Of a stretch of 5,948 nucleotides of DNA, positions 1 to 5,715 are shown one piece after another (position 1 is the first letter of the stretch; each line of letters opens with the position of its first letter). The notes beneath the pieces were generated by a model, which was given only the letters and a program-made list of their open reading frames with translations, did no database searches and was not told where the DNA came from. A program made the position numbers and the translations under genes. Source of the DNA: Candidatus Electronema aureum (GTDB taxonomy: Bacteria > Desulfobacterota > Desulfobulbia > Desulfobulbales > Desulfobulbaceae); assembly GCA_004284765.1 (NCBI GenBank), contig NQJD01000069.1:1-5948 (forward strand), in the 5' to 3' direction.

Positions 1-27
1 CAACGTTCCCCCTTCCACCCCCCTATT

Positions 28-1100
28 CTACACCTCCAAGTCCAAAATATCCACCAGCCTGCCGTCGTAGTCGTTGCGGATCATCGTTCTGAGCGCGGCG
101 TAGTTATTGACCTTGATCTTCAAGCTGCTCACAGCGGAACCGGCAAAACCGGGCAGGGTGTATTTCCCCGTTCGCGGTCACTGGCATCATGCCGCCGACC
201 GCTCCGCCGTCGTGCAGGGCAATCAGCCGGAATGAGAGCTGATTTTCCTGCACGCTGGCATCGGCCTGAATGCGCAGACGCTCGCTGGCCGAGATGGTGC
301 AGCCAATGATGCTGACATGCGGCGTGGCCGCGTTGTTGGTGAGAATGCCGGTTTCCGGCGGGTTTGGATGATCGAGATTGACGGCGGTCAGCGGCGCGCG
401 CAGCTTGCGTCCGTAGGTGCCGCTGCGCAGCGAGCCGTGATCGGTGTAGCGGGTCGTGATCGACACCGTATATTCGTTGTTCCAAGGGTGGGCTTGGGCC
501 GGAATGTGCGGCACCAGCAGGACTTCGCCGTCGCTGATCCCCGCGAACTGACTCTGCTTTGTGCTGCCGCTTTGGGTTCCGGCGATGACGCAGCCGCAGT
601 CCGGGCTGCTCTTGTCAAAGGCAAGATTGCTGCCGGTCAGTCGGAGTACGCCGTCCGGGTTGAGGACGTTGTTCAGCTCCAGCGCGGTGTCTGCGGCGGA
701 GAGGATGGACGGGAGCCTTTTCCTCGGTCGAAACCCGCTCCAAGGTCACGTTCTGCTGCACATATTGGACAAAAGGGCGTGTGGCCGAGACGCTGATCCG
801 CAGCAGTTCGCTGACCGGCGGCAGAGGGTCAGCCGGGCTGTTCAGCTTGCCATGGAAGGCGGGGGCGAAGGTCAATGCCTCCTCCAGCGTGACCTGCATC
901 CCGTTGCAGAGCATCTCCTTGATATTCTTCATGGTTGACTGAATGGAGGCCTTGGCCTGCTCCGCGCTCAGGCCGGTGTCTTTGGCAACGGCGGCGGCCA
1001 GCTCGTCGTAGCCCGCTGTCTGCTTCGGCATGAAGCGGAGCTTGTAGGATGCAGGTTTGGTCAAAGGATTCGGCTCAACGCGGTATTGCACAGTTCCCAT
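28..1100 (-). pseudogene. HU-like N-terminal DNA-binding domain plus DUF4469-type C-terminal region protein, interrupted by two +1 frameshifts
   Basis: Three consecutive minus-strand reading segments join into one frame if a single base is removed at each of two G/C runs. Segment A runs from 1100 to about 714 (MGTVQYRVEPNPLTKPASYKLRFMPKQTAGYDELAAAVAKDTGLSAEQAKASIQSTMKNIKEMLCNGMQVTLEEALTF...VTLERVSTEEKAP). Segment B runs from about 712 to about 170 (SILSAADTALELNNVLNPDGVLRLTGSNLAFDKSSPDCG...EYTVSITTRYT...MMPVTANG). Segment C runs from about 165 to 28 (KYTLPGFAGSAVSSLKIKVNNYAALRTMIRNDYDGRLVDILDLEV, stop TAG at 28..30). The arithmetic is (1100-28+1)-2 = 1071 nt, or 357 codons. Past each shift point the tracked ORFs turn into Arg/Pro/Gln-rich out-of-frame text (RRRHRAGAEQRPQPGRR; IHPARFCRFRCEQLEDQGQ). 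The domain layout matches my memory of Bacteroidota-type HU-fused DUF4469 proteins: an HU-like N-terminus, then a motif like ...P.I..v.D....N.L.PgG.l.l.G..L.fD. The start at ATG 1100 is preferred over ATG 1112 because GGAGG lies 5 nt upstream of it. Confidence 0.7.
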
Positions 1101-1160
1101 GATGCCCTCCATTCGGGTTTAAAGATTTGATGATGCAGGCAGTTTTGTCTGATCAGGCAA

Positions 1161-1189
1161 AAGATACGGCGGAGTCTGCGCTTTGTCAA
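1161..1189 (-). promoter_or_regulatory. Sigma70-type promoter candidate for the HU-like gene (TTGACA - 17 nt - TATCTT)
   Basis: The minus strand reads TTGACA (plus-strand TGTCAA, 1184..1189), then a 17-nt spacer (1167..1183), then TATCTT (plus-strand AAGATA, 1161..1166). This predicts a 5' UTR of about 55 nt before the ATG at 1100. The call is by sequence pattern only. Confidence 0.45.
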
Positions 1190-1227
1190 TAAAATAGGGC
1201 GCGGCGAGGGAAGGAGATGGGCGGCAA

Positions 1228-1342
1228 AATACATACTGGTATGTATTGAGGAAACATACTGTATAGTTTTCCCGGAACATCCCAGTATGTATTGGCGGAA
1301 CATACTGGGATGTATTTGGGATACTATTCGGTATGTTTTTGG
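1228..1342. repeat. Tandem array of five 23-bp units, each containing an inverted repeat ACATAC-N2-GTATGT (operator/iteron-like)
   Basis: The units in exact 23-bp register are: 1228 AATACATACTGGTATGTATTGAG; 1251 GAAACATACTGTATAGTTTTCCC; 1274 GGAACATCCCAGTATGTATTGGC; 1297 GGAACATACTGGGATGTATTTGG; 1320 GATACTATTCGGTATGTTTTTGG. Unit 1 is a perfect 9-2-9 palindrome (AATACATAC TG GTATGTATT, 1228..1247). Units 2 and 5 are degenerate. Confidence 0.85.
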
Positions 1343-1359
1343 GGGAGGTGGGGGGAGGT
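1341..1359. repeat. G-run element GGGGGAGGTGGGGGGAGGT, with a C-run counterpart at 6..27 at the other end of the HU-like gene
   Basis: The plus strand at 1341..1359 reads GGGGGAGGT GGGGGGAGGT, a near-tandem 9/10-mer. The plus strand at 8..27 reads CCCCCTTCCACCCCCCTATT, whose reverse complement contains GGGGGGTGGAAGGGGG. The two are in inverted orientation. They resemble each other in architecture (G5-6, a short GGT/TGG core, G5-6) but are not identical. Confidence 0.4.
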
Positions 1360-1372
1360 TTAGCCTACGCTG

Positions 1373-1534
1373 CTATTGCATGAAATTGTTATAACTAGCG
1401 ATGCAAGCCCAGATGAGAAGCAAAAACAGAACACCAACGCTTGAAATCAGATCATCCTGATATTTTGATCGCGGAAAGTTTGAATATCTCCGAAAAGTAA
1501 CTATCCATAACACAGCGTATCCAATTAGATACAT
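1373..1534 (-). CDS. Hypothetical small two-helix membrane protein (53 aa), not in the supplied ORF track
   Basis: Manual translation of the minus strand gives MYLIGYAVLWIVTFRRYSNFPRSKYQDDLISSVGVLFLLLIWACIASYNNFMQ, with stop TAG at 1373..1375. There are two hydrophobic segments separated by a charged loop. It lies in AT-rich DNA with no clear Shine-Dalgarno (only GAGAA upstream), and I recognise no homolog. Confidence 0.3.
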   Translation of the reverse strand: MYLIGYAVLWIVTFRRYSNFPRSKYQDDLISSVGVLFLLLIWACIASYNNFMQ

Positions 1535-1720
1535 AATAAATTCTCAGATGATAGTGACAAAGAACTCTTTAATAATTTTACAGATACACTCTATGATTTA
1601 ATCACAATCATACATCTGCCTTGTTAACCATCGCCACTATAGTGCAGTATCTCTGAGAAAAAGCAACTTCTTGGTTCATTGCGTTCAGAGAGGCAAGATG
1701 CAACTACGGTAATGCTTGAC

Positions 1721-2368
1721 TCATTTCCAGTCCGCCTCTTGTTCCGTTTTGTCTTGGTTGATTATCGCCAGAGATCCTGACACTCTTTGCGCAAGATATT
1801 TGTCTCTTGTTTTATCTCTGATTTCTCTCAAGGCCGCCGCATTCGCTGCAACATTGGATGTGAGCCGATCAAGCAGGATATTGCTTTGATATGTCGAACT
1901 CCATTTTAGAATAAATTCAACATCACTGCGATTCTTTTTGGTGTGCATACTGATTGCCAATCCTGCCAGCGCACAGACAACTGCCAGAGCCGAAACTGTT
2001 TTCAATCCGCGCTGTGAATTTCTTGTCAGCTTCGGCCATACTTTGGGGCTGAATCCCTTGCCGGTGACAATGAGCGACATCAGGCCAAGCAAATAGAACG
2101 GCAAAGGGCCCAAAAAGGTGAAACCAAGAAAAAATGCCAGGACGACAAAGGCAAGCGCAATGCAAGGATTAGAGCTGAGTGCAGGTTCCTTTTCGGTCGC
2201 GCCAATCACCTTGAGCAGGAGAAACCAAGTCGTTATGCCGAGACACCAGCCCCATATGTGCGGCAGGGCATAGTCAGCTATTCCAAACGCACAGCTTCCG
2301 CAGGCCGCTGCCGGGCCGGGCAGACTGAGCAGGCCGACGGCAAAGGCGGCGGCTGTTGCGTTTTTCAT
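1721..2368 (-). CDS. Hypothetical exported/integral membrane protein (215 aa) with a signal-peptide-like N-terminus and about 4 TM segments
   Basis: This is a tracked ORF. The N-terminus MKNATAAAFAVGLLSLPGPAAACGSCAFG is signal-peptide-like and may have a weak lipobox (AAAC). Hydrophobic stretches include IWGWCLGITTWFLLLKVIGA, CIALAFVVLAFFLGFTFLGPLPFYLLGLMSLIV and TVSALAVVCALAGLAISM. The C-terminal tail is charged and helical. GAGG lies 7 nt upstream of the ATG, and the gene starts 25 nt after the glnS stop on the same strand. I recognise no family. Confidence 0.7.
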   Translation of the reverse strand: MKNATAAAFAVGLLSLPGPAAACGSCAFGIADYALPHIWGWCLGITTWFLLLKVIGATEKEPALSSNPCIALAFVVLAFFLGFTFLGPLPFYLLGLMSLIVTGKGFSPKVWPKLTRNSQRGLKTVSALAVVCALAGLAISMHTKKNRSDVEFILKWSSTYQSNILLDRLTSNVAANAAALREIRDKTRDKYLAQRVSGSLAIINQDKTEQEADWK

Positions 2369-2393
2369 GCTGCTGCCTCTGCCGTCTGTTCTG

Positions 2394-4079
2394 TCACTCC
2401 TCGCTCACCTTCGCCCAGCTATCCTTCAGCGTAACAATGCGGTTATAGACCTGCTTGCCCGGCTGGCTTTCTTTGCTGTCCAAGCAGAAATAACCCTGCC
2501 GCTCGAACTGAAAGCGGTCGGCCAAGGTTGCGCTGGCCAGAGACGGCTCCAAGATGCAGTTGTCCAGCACCTTCTTGGAGCCAGGATTGAGGAAGTCCTT
2601 GAAGTCGCGCTCCTTGTCCGCATCTGGATGCTCGGCGGTGAAGAGGCGGTCATAGAGGCAGATGCGGGCCGAAATGCCGTGCCGTGCCGACACCCAGTGG
2701 ATGGTGCCTTTAACCTTGCGCCCGTCCGGGGCTGAACCGCCTTTGGTGGCCGGGTCGTAGGTGCAATGCAGCTCGACCACCTCGCCCTGTGCATTCTTCA
2801 CCGCTTGCTGGCAGGTGATCAGGTAGGCATAACGCAGGCGCACCTCCCGGCCCTCGGACAGGCGGAAGAACTTCTTCGGCGCGTTCTCCATATAGTCACT
2901 GCGTTCAATATACAGCTCACGGCAGAAGGGCAGCTTGCGCGTTCCCATGTCCGGGTTCTGCGGGTGATTCTGTCCCTCCACCTCTTCCACCTGCTCTTCC
3001 GGGTAGTTGGTAATAAGCACCTTGAGCGGCTCCAAAACCCCCATCACCCTCGGCGCATGGATGTTGAGATCATCGCGCACAGCATTTTCCAAAACCCCCA
3101 TGTCTATCCATGATTCCCGCTTGCCCACGCCGACTGTGGCGCAGAAGCTGCGGATAGAGGCAGGTGTGTAGCCACGGCGACGCAGGCCGGAGATAGTCAG
3201 CATTCTTGGATCGTCCCAGCCGTCCACATACCGCTCGTTCACTAATTGCAGGAGCTTGCGCTTGCTCATCACCGTATAGTTGATGTTTAAGCGGGCAAAC
3301 TCATACTGGCGTGGGTGACAGGGCGTTTGCAGCGTGTCCAATACCCAGTCGTATAAAGCGCGGTTGTTCTCAAATTCCAAGGTGCAGATGGAATGCGTGA
3401 TGCCTTCAATCATGTCCGAGAGGCAATGGCAGAAATCGTACATCGGGTAGATGCACCATGTATCGCCCGTGCGGTGGTGGCTGCTCTTGAGGATGCGGTA
3501 AATGGCCGGGTCGCGCAGGATGATGTAGGGCGAGGCCATGTCAATCTTGGCCCGGAGCGTGCAGGTGCCTTCCGCCAGCTCGCCGTTCTTCATCTGCGCG
3601 AAAAGGGCAAGATTTTCCTCGACGCTGCGGTTACGGTACGGGCTGTCCTTGCCTGGCTCGGTCAGCGTGCCGCGATATTCCCGCATCTCGTCGCCGCTGA
3701 GGTGGCAGACGTATGCTTTGCCCAACTTGATCAGCTGCACCGCGAAGTCATGCAGCTGGCCGAAGTAATCGGAAGCATAATACTTATGCTCGCCCCAATT
3801 GAAGCCCAGCCAATGCACGTCACGCTGGATGGATTCAACGTACTCCACCGACTCCTTGCCAGGGTTGGTGTCGTCAAAGCGCAGGTGGCATACGCCGTTG
3901 TTCTCTTGGGCAATGCCGAAGTTCAGACAGATGGACTTAGCGTGGCCGATGTGCAGGAAGCCGTTCGGCTCCGGCGGGAAACGGGTGACGATGCTGCTGT
4001 GCTTGCCAGAGGCGAGGTCTTCGGCAACAATCTGCCGGATGAAGTCAAGGGGCTTGTCGGGGGTGGTTATGTCGGTCAT
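2394..4079 (-). CDS. glnS: Glutamine--tRNA ligase (glutaminyl-tRNA synthetase, class I)
   Basis: The protein is 561 aa from ATG 4077..4079 ([27 protein letters not shown]...). It carries the HIGH motif ([14 protein letters not shown]), the GlnRS-type KMSKS variant VMSKR ([15 protein letters not shown]), and conserved blocks [15 protein letters not shown] and THSICTLEF. Its length is close to the roughly 554 aa of E. coli GlnRS. The tracked ORF extends upstream to 4202, but that extension overlaps the preceding gene and looks like non-protein text. Confidence 0.95.
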   Translation of the reverse strand: MTDITTPDKPLDFIRQIVAEDLASGKHSSIVTRFPPEPNGFLHIGHAKSICLNFGIAQENNGVCHLRFDDTNPGKESVEYVESIQRDVHWLGFNWGEHKYYASDYFGQLHDFAVQLIKLGKAYVCHLSGDEMREYRGTLTEPGKDSPYRNRSVEENLALFAQMKNGELAEGTCTLRAKIDMASPYIILRDPAIYRILKSSHHRTGDTWCIYPMYDFCHCLSDMIEGITHSICTLEFENNRALYDWVLDTLQTPCHPRQYEFARLNINYTVMSKRKLLQLVNERYVDGWDDPRMLTISGLRRRGYTPASIRSFCATVGVGKRESWIDMGVLENAVRDDLNIHAPRVMGVLEPLKVLITNYPEEQVEEVEGQNHPQNPDMGTRKLPFCRELYIERSDYMENAPKKFFRLSEGREVRLRYAYLITCQQAVKNAQGEVVELHCTYDPATKGGSAPDGRKVKGTIHWVSARHGISARICLYDRLFTAEHPDADKERDFKDFLNPGSKKVLDNCILEPSLASATLADRFQFERQGYFCLDSKESQPGKQVYNRIVTLKDSWAKVSEE

Positions 4080-4095
4080 AGTAATATGAACACTT

Positions 4096-4668
4096 TTAAA
4101 GTGATGCTTTGCGTTTATCTTCCTCTGCATCTTCTTGCAGTTCAGCGTTTGCGGCGGCAAGAGCATTTGCAATGTAAAGCCTTGTACTGAGATAGGTGAC
4201 AAAGAAGCCGAGAATTATGAAACAGATTATTGATGCGATGATAATTGACTGCGATTGTTCGTTGCCGATATCTAAAGCTATATTAGCAGATATGTTCTCA
4301 AGGACTCTTACTATATCTTTCAGTTCGACTAATCCTGCGCCAATAATCATTTTAGTCAGCCAGTCAGAGATTTGCTCCAAACTCGTATTAACTTGATATG
4401 TGGTGTCATTTTTTATCGATGCGCTATTTGTTTGGCTTTGAACTGTCTTTGGGATGCCAAAAAGAAAGCCAAGTATGTTGCCAACAGCGTAGGAAGAGGA
4501 TGCTACCATGAAGAGCGTTGCAAAAACGCCACAAGAGTTATTCGATACGGAATACGAATACAATGCGATAATACAAAAACATATAAACAATGAGATAACG
4601 AGACATATTAATATTAATAAAAACCTGGAACTCAACCCTTCTTTCCGCAGCAAAGATAATATCTTCAT
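4096..4668 (-). CDS. Hypothetical integral membrane protein (about 190 aa) encoded in AT-rich DNA directly upstream of glnS
   Basis: This is a tracked ORF (4096..4761, which uses a TTG start). I prefer ATG 4666..4668 ([37 protein letters not shown]...). There are three hydrophobic segments: residues about 16-37, about 47-72 and about 160-185. A polar Ser/Asn/Gln-rich middle region and an acidic tail ([15 protein letters not shown]) complete it. The stop TAA at 4096..4098 is only 16 nt from the glnS ATG. GC is about 35% by eye, against about 55% in glnS. I recognise no family. Confidence 0.65.
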   Translation of the reverse strand: MKILSLLRKEGLSSRFLLILICLVISLFICFCIIALYSYSVSNNSCGVFATLFMVASSSYAVGNILGFLFGIPKTVQSQTNSASIKNDTTYQVNTSLEQISDWLTKMIIGAGLVELKDIVRVLENISANIALDIGNEQSQSIIIASIICFIILGFFVTYLSTRLYIANALAAANAELQEDAEEDKRKASL

Positions 4669-4826
4669 AGATTGCCAACCTGATTTTAATTGATAGATTT
4701 TTTTGACTGATAGTCCGCGCCTGCACAACAACCGCTGAAGAATGCCGTCCAGCTTTGTCAACTGCTGACGATCCGCCTGAACGACAGAACCACGCTTGGA
4801 ACCCTTCCAACTCCGGTAGTTATAAC

Positions 4827-4863
4827 AAAAAACTGCGCTGCTGAGAACGACTTTCTCAGCAGC
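4827..4863 (-). terminator. Rho-independent terminator-like hairpin (minus strand)
   Basis: A perfect 11-bp stem pairs GCTGCTGAGAA (4837..4847) with TTCTCAGCAGC (4853..4863) around a 5-nt loop. On the minus strand it is followed by GCAG and then TTTTTT (plus-strand A6 at 4827..4832). There is no T-run on the plus-strand side, so the orientation is minus. Confidence 0.6.
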
Positions 4864-5166
4864 CTATGGCGGTGGCACGATTTTCTTCCTCCTGCCATCT
4901 TAAACGACGACAGTGCCCGTCCAAGCTGTCCGCCCGCCTGAGTAAGAATTCCCCAGCTTGCCCCCTGCTTCTGCGTAAGAAGTACACATGCTGCAAAGCT
5001 CATCAACTGAGTTGTTTATCAATCGGAATGAAAATCATTCTCAAATCAAAATGATATGCACAGCACATGTCTCCTTAAATCCGGCACATTTCTTGCATAA
5101 CCAAAAATATTCTCATCTCATTACGAAATAATTGCTATTCAGACTAGTGAAAGAAAGGAGACAAAT

Positions 5167-5406
5167 ATGAACTGTTGGGAATACAAACAATGCGGTCGTG
5201 AACAAGGTGGCTTCCATGCGCACTCAAAAGGTATTTGTCCTGCCTATCCTGATCACGGTCAGCAATGCGCTCGTGTTGCTGGTACTTTCTGCGGCGGAAA
5301 AGTGCAAGGTCAGTTCGTGATGAAGCTGCTCACCTGCATGAAATGCGATTTCTATCAAAGCCAGCATTACGACAAAACCTACGGTAAAAGAAACGCCGCT
5401 GCTTGA
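5167..5406 (+). CDS. Small cysteine-rich protein (79 aa) with a two-CW-domain-like N-terminal signature
   Basis: The protein is MNCWEYKQCGREQGGFHAHSKGICPAYPDHGQQCARVAGTFCGGKVQGQFVMKLLTCMKCDFYQSQHYDKTYGKRNAAA. The strings NCWE[FY]xxCGRE...G.CPA...C(W)..AGT.CGGKVQG.F...L..CM.CDFY match my recollection of the family that NCBI names two-CW domain-containing protein. Here the second CW is CA. There are seven Cys (residues 3, 9, 24, 34, 42, 57, 60). A strong RBS AAGGAG (5155..5160) sits 6 nt before the ATG, and a hairpin lies just downstream. Confidence 0.8.
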   Translation: MNCWEYKQCGREQGGFHAHSKGICPAYPDHGQQCARVAGTFCGGKVQGQFVMKLLTCMKCDFYQSQHYDKTYGKRNAAA

Positions 5407-5422
5407 CTGCCATAATAGCTTT

Positions 5423-5445
5423 GGGCAAGCCATTCGTGCTTGCCC
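5423..5445 (+). terminator. Possible terminator hairpin after the two-CW-like gene
   Basis: The stem pairs GGGCAAGC (5423..5430) with GCTTGCCC (5438..5445) around the loop CATTCGT. It starts 17 nt after the stop codon. The trailing sequence TCAAATTAGCTTTTCC is only moderately T-rich, so this is a weak intrinsic terminator at best. Confidence 0.45.
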
Positions 5446-5476
5446 TCAAATTAGCTTTTCCCTCCTTCTTGGCCGT

Positions 5477-5715
5477 CTAATTTTTTCTGGCCGCTTTCCA
5501 CAAAAAAAACGTATAGTTTGCCGCAGACTTTGCTTTAGTAATCAGTTGTCCTACTTCAAAATTTCGAGGCCTGTTGTTGAGCTTTTCCATAATAGCTTTG
5601 ACATCCTGTGTGTCCAGCGTGTCAAAGCTCGCTCCTTTTGGGAGGTATTGCCGTATAAGTCCGTTCGTATTTTCGTTAAGCCCGCGTTGCCAAGCCTGAT
5701 ATAGTATTTCAGTTT
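5477..5715 (-). mobile_element. IS30-family transposase C-terminal fragment (truncated, non-functional remnant)
   Basis: The tracked ORF 5477..5746 contains ...YQAWQRGLNENTNGLIRQYLPKGASFDTLDTQDVKAIMEKLNNRPR.... This is the conserved IS30 block around the catalytic E (WQRGxNENxNGLxRQYxPKG ... LNxRPR). Everything N-terminal to that block, including both catalytic Asp regions, is absent. The left boundary of homology is approximate. Confidence 0.75.

Noticed and set aside
129-938. Tracked ORFs 129..485(-), 317..796(+), 388..624(-) and 561..938(+) overlap the HU-like gene.
   Set aside because: These are shadow ORFs typical of GC-rich coding DNA. Their translations are Arg/Ala/Pro/Gly-rich low-complexity text, and they overlap frames that give a coherent DUF4469-like protein.
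1061-1303. An 80-aa minus-strand ORF spans the promoter region and part of the 23-bp repeat array.
   Set aside because: It reads through the predicted promoter and the tandem palindromes and overlaps the start of the HU-like gene. Its sequence is repeat-derived (e.g. YVSSIHTSMY) and it has no RBS.
1228-1342. I considered whether the 23-bp array is a CRISPR array.
   Set aside because: The units are directly adjacent with no unique spacers, they are degenerate, and there are only five. This is a tandem operator/iteron-like repeat, not repeat-spacer architecture.
1341-1359. I considered G-quadruplex potential for GGGGGAGGTGGGGGGAGGT.
   Set aside because: There are only two long G-runs plus GG doublets, not four G3+ tracts within a compact span. 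A canonical intramolecular quadruplex is not supported.
1923-2165. An 80-aa ORF sits in an alternative frame inside the 215-aa membrane gene.
   Set aside because: It is fully nested on the same strand within a longer ORF that has clear signal-peptide and TM features. Its translation is Cys/Arg/His-rich and not protein-like.
2367-4190. Plus-strand and alternative-frame ORFs overlap glnS: 2367..2735, 2426..2794, 2766..3113, 3393..4190, 3538..3768, 3731..3913 and 3799..4089.
   Set aside because: All overlap an unambiguous full-length GlnRS frame. They are antisense or off-frame shadows with Leu/Ala/Arg-rich composition.
4080-4202. The tracked glnS ORF has an N-terminal extension ([41 protein letters not shown]).
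   Set aside because: The extension overlaps the 3' end of the upstream membrane gene and has no similarity to GlnRS N-termini. The ATG at 4079 gives the expected start of about 25 residues before the HIGH region.
1180-4761. The 10-mer TTGACAAAGC (minus strand) occurs at both 1180..1189 and 4752..4761.
   Set aside because: The first copy is part of a good -35/-10 pair. The second has no acceptable -10 at 16-18 nt spacing and coincides with the TTG start used by the ORF tracker. This is probably coincidence.
4196-4810. ORFs 4196..4396(+), 4372..4593(+), 4508..4693(+) and 4538..4810(-) overlap the AT-rich membrane gene.
   Set aside because: They are short ORFs of the kind expected by chance, and none has an RBS or recognisable domains. 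The 190-aa frame has coherent TM topology.
4864-5000. I considered a T-box or glutamine-riboswitch leader upstream of glnS. The plus strand contains GGCGGTGGCACG, vaguely like the T-box GGGTGGTACCGCG.
   Set aside because: The T-box-like string is on the wrong strand for glnS and matches poorly. I cannot identify specifier-loop or glnA-motif consensus elements by eye. This needs an Infernal/Rfam scan and is not claimed.
4758-5054. ORFs 4758..5006(-) and 4866..5054(+) lie in the intergenic region. Hand-found mini-ORFs include 5003..5068(-), MCCAYHFDLRMIFIPIDKQLS.
   Set aside because: The 82-aa ORF reads straight through the terminator hairpin. The 62-aa ORF has no RBS and is Ser/Arg/Lys/Cys-rich. 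The 21-aa ORF has AGGAG only 2 nt from its ATG, which is too close. None is supportable as a gene.
5224-5433. A 69-aa minus-strand ORF lies antisense to the two-CW-like gene.
   Set aside because: It is entirely antisense to an ORF that has a strong RBS and a recognisable conserved Cys signature. It has no start context of its own.
5410-5600. A 14-bp direct repeat CCATAATAGCTTTG occurs at 5410..5423 and 5587..5600.
   Set aside because: A single 14-mer match in about 6 kb has roughly a 0.1 chance expectation. One copy lies inside the IS30 coding remnant (KAIME) and the other just after the two-CW stop. It may be microhomology at a rearrangement junction, but there is not enough support to claim that.
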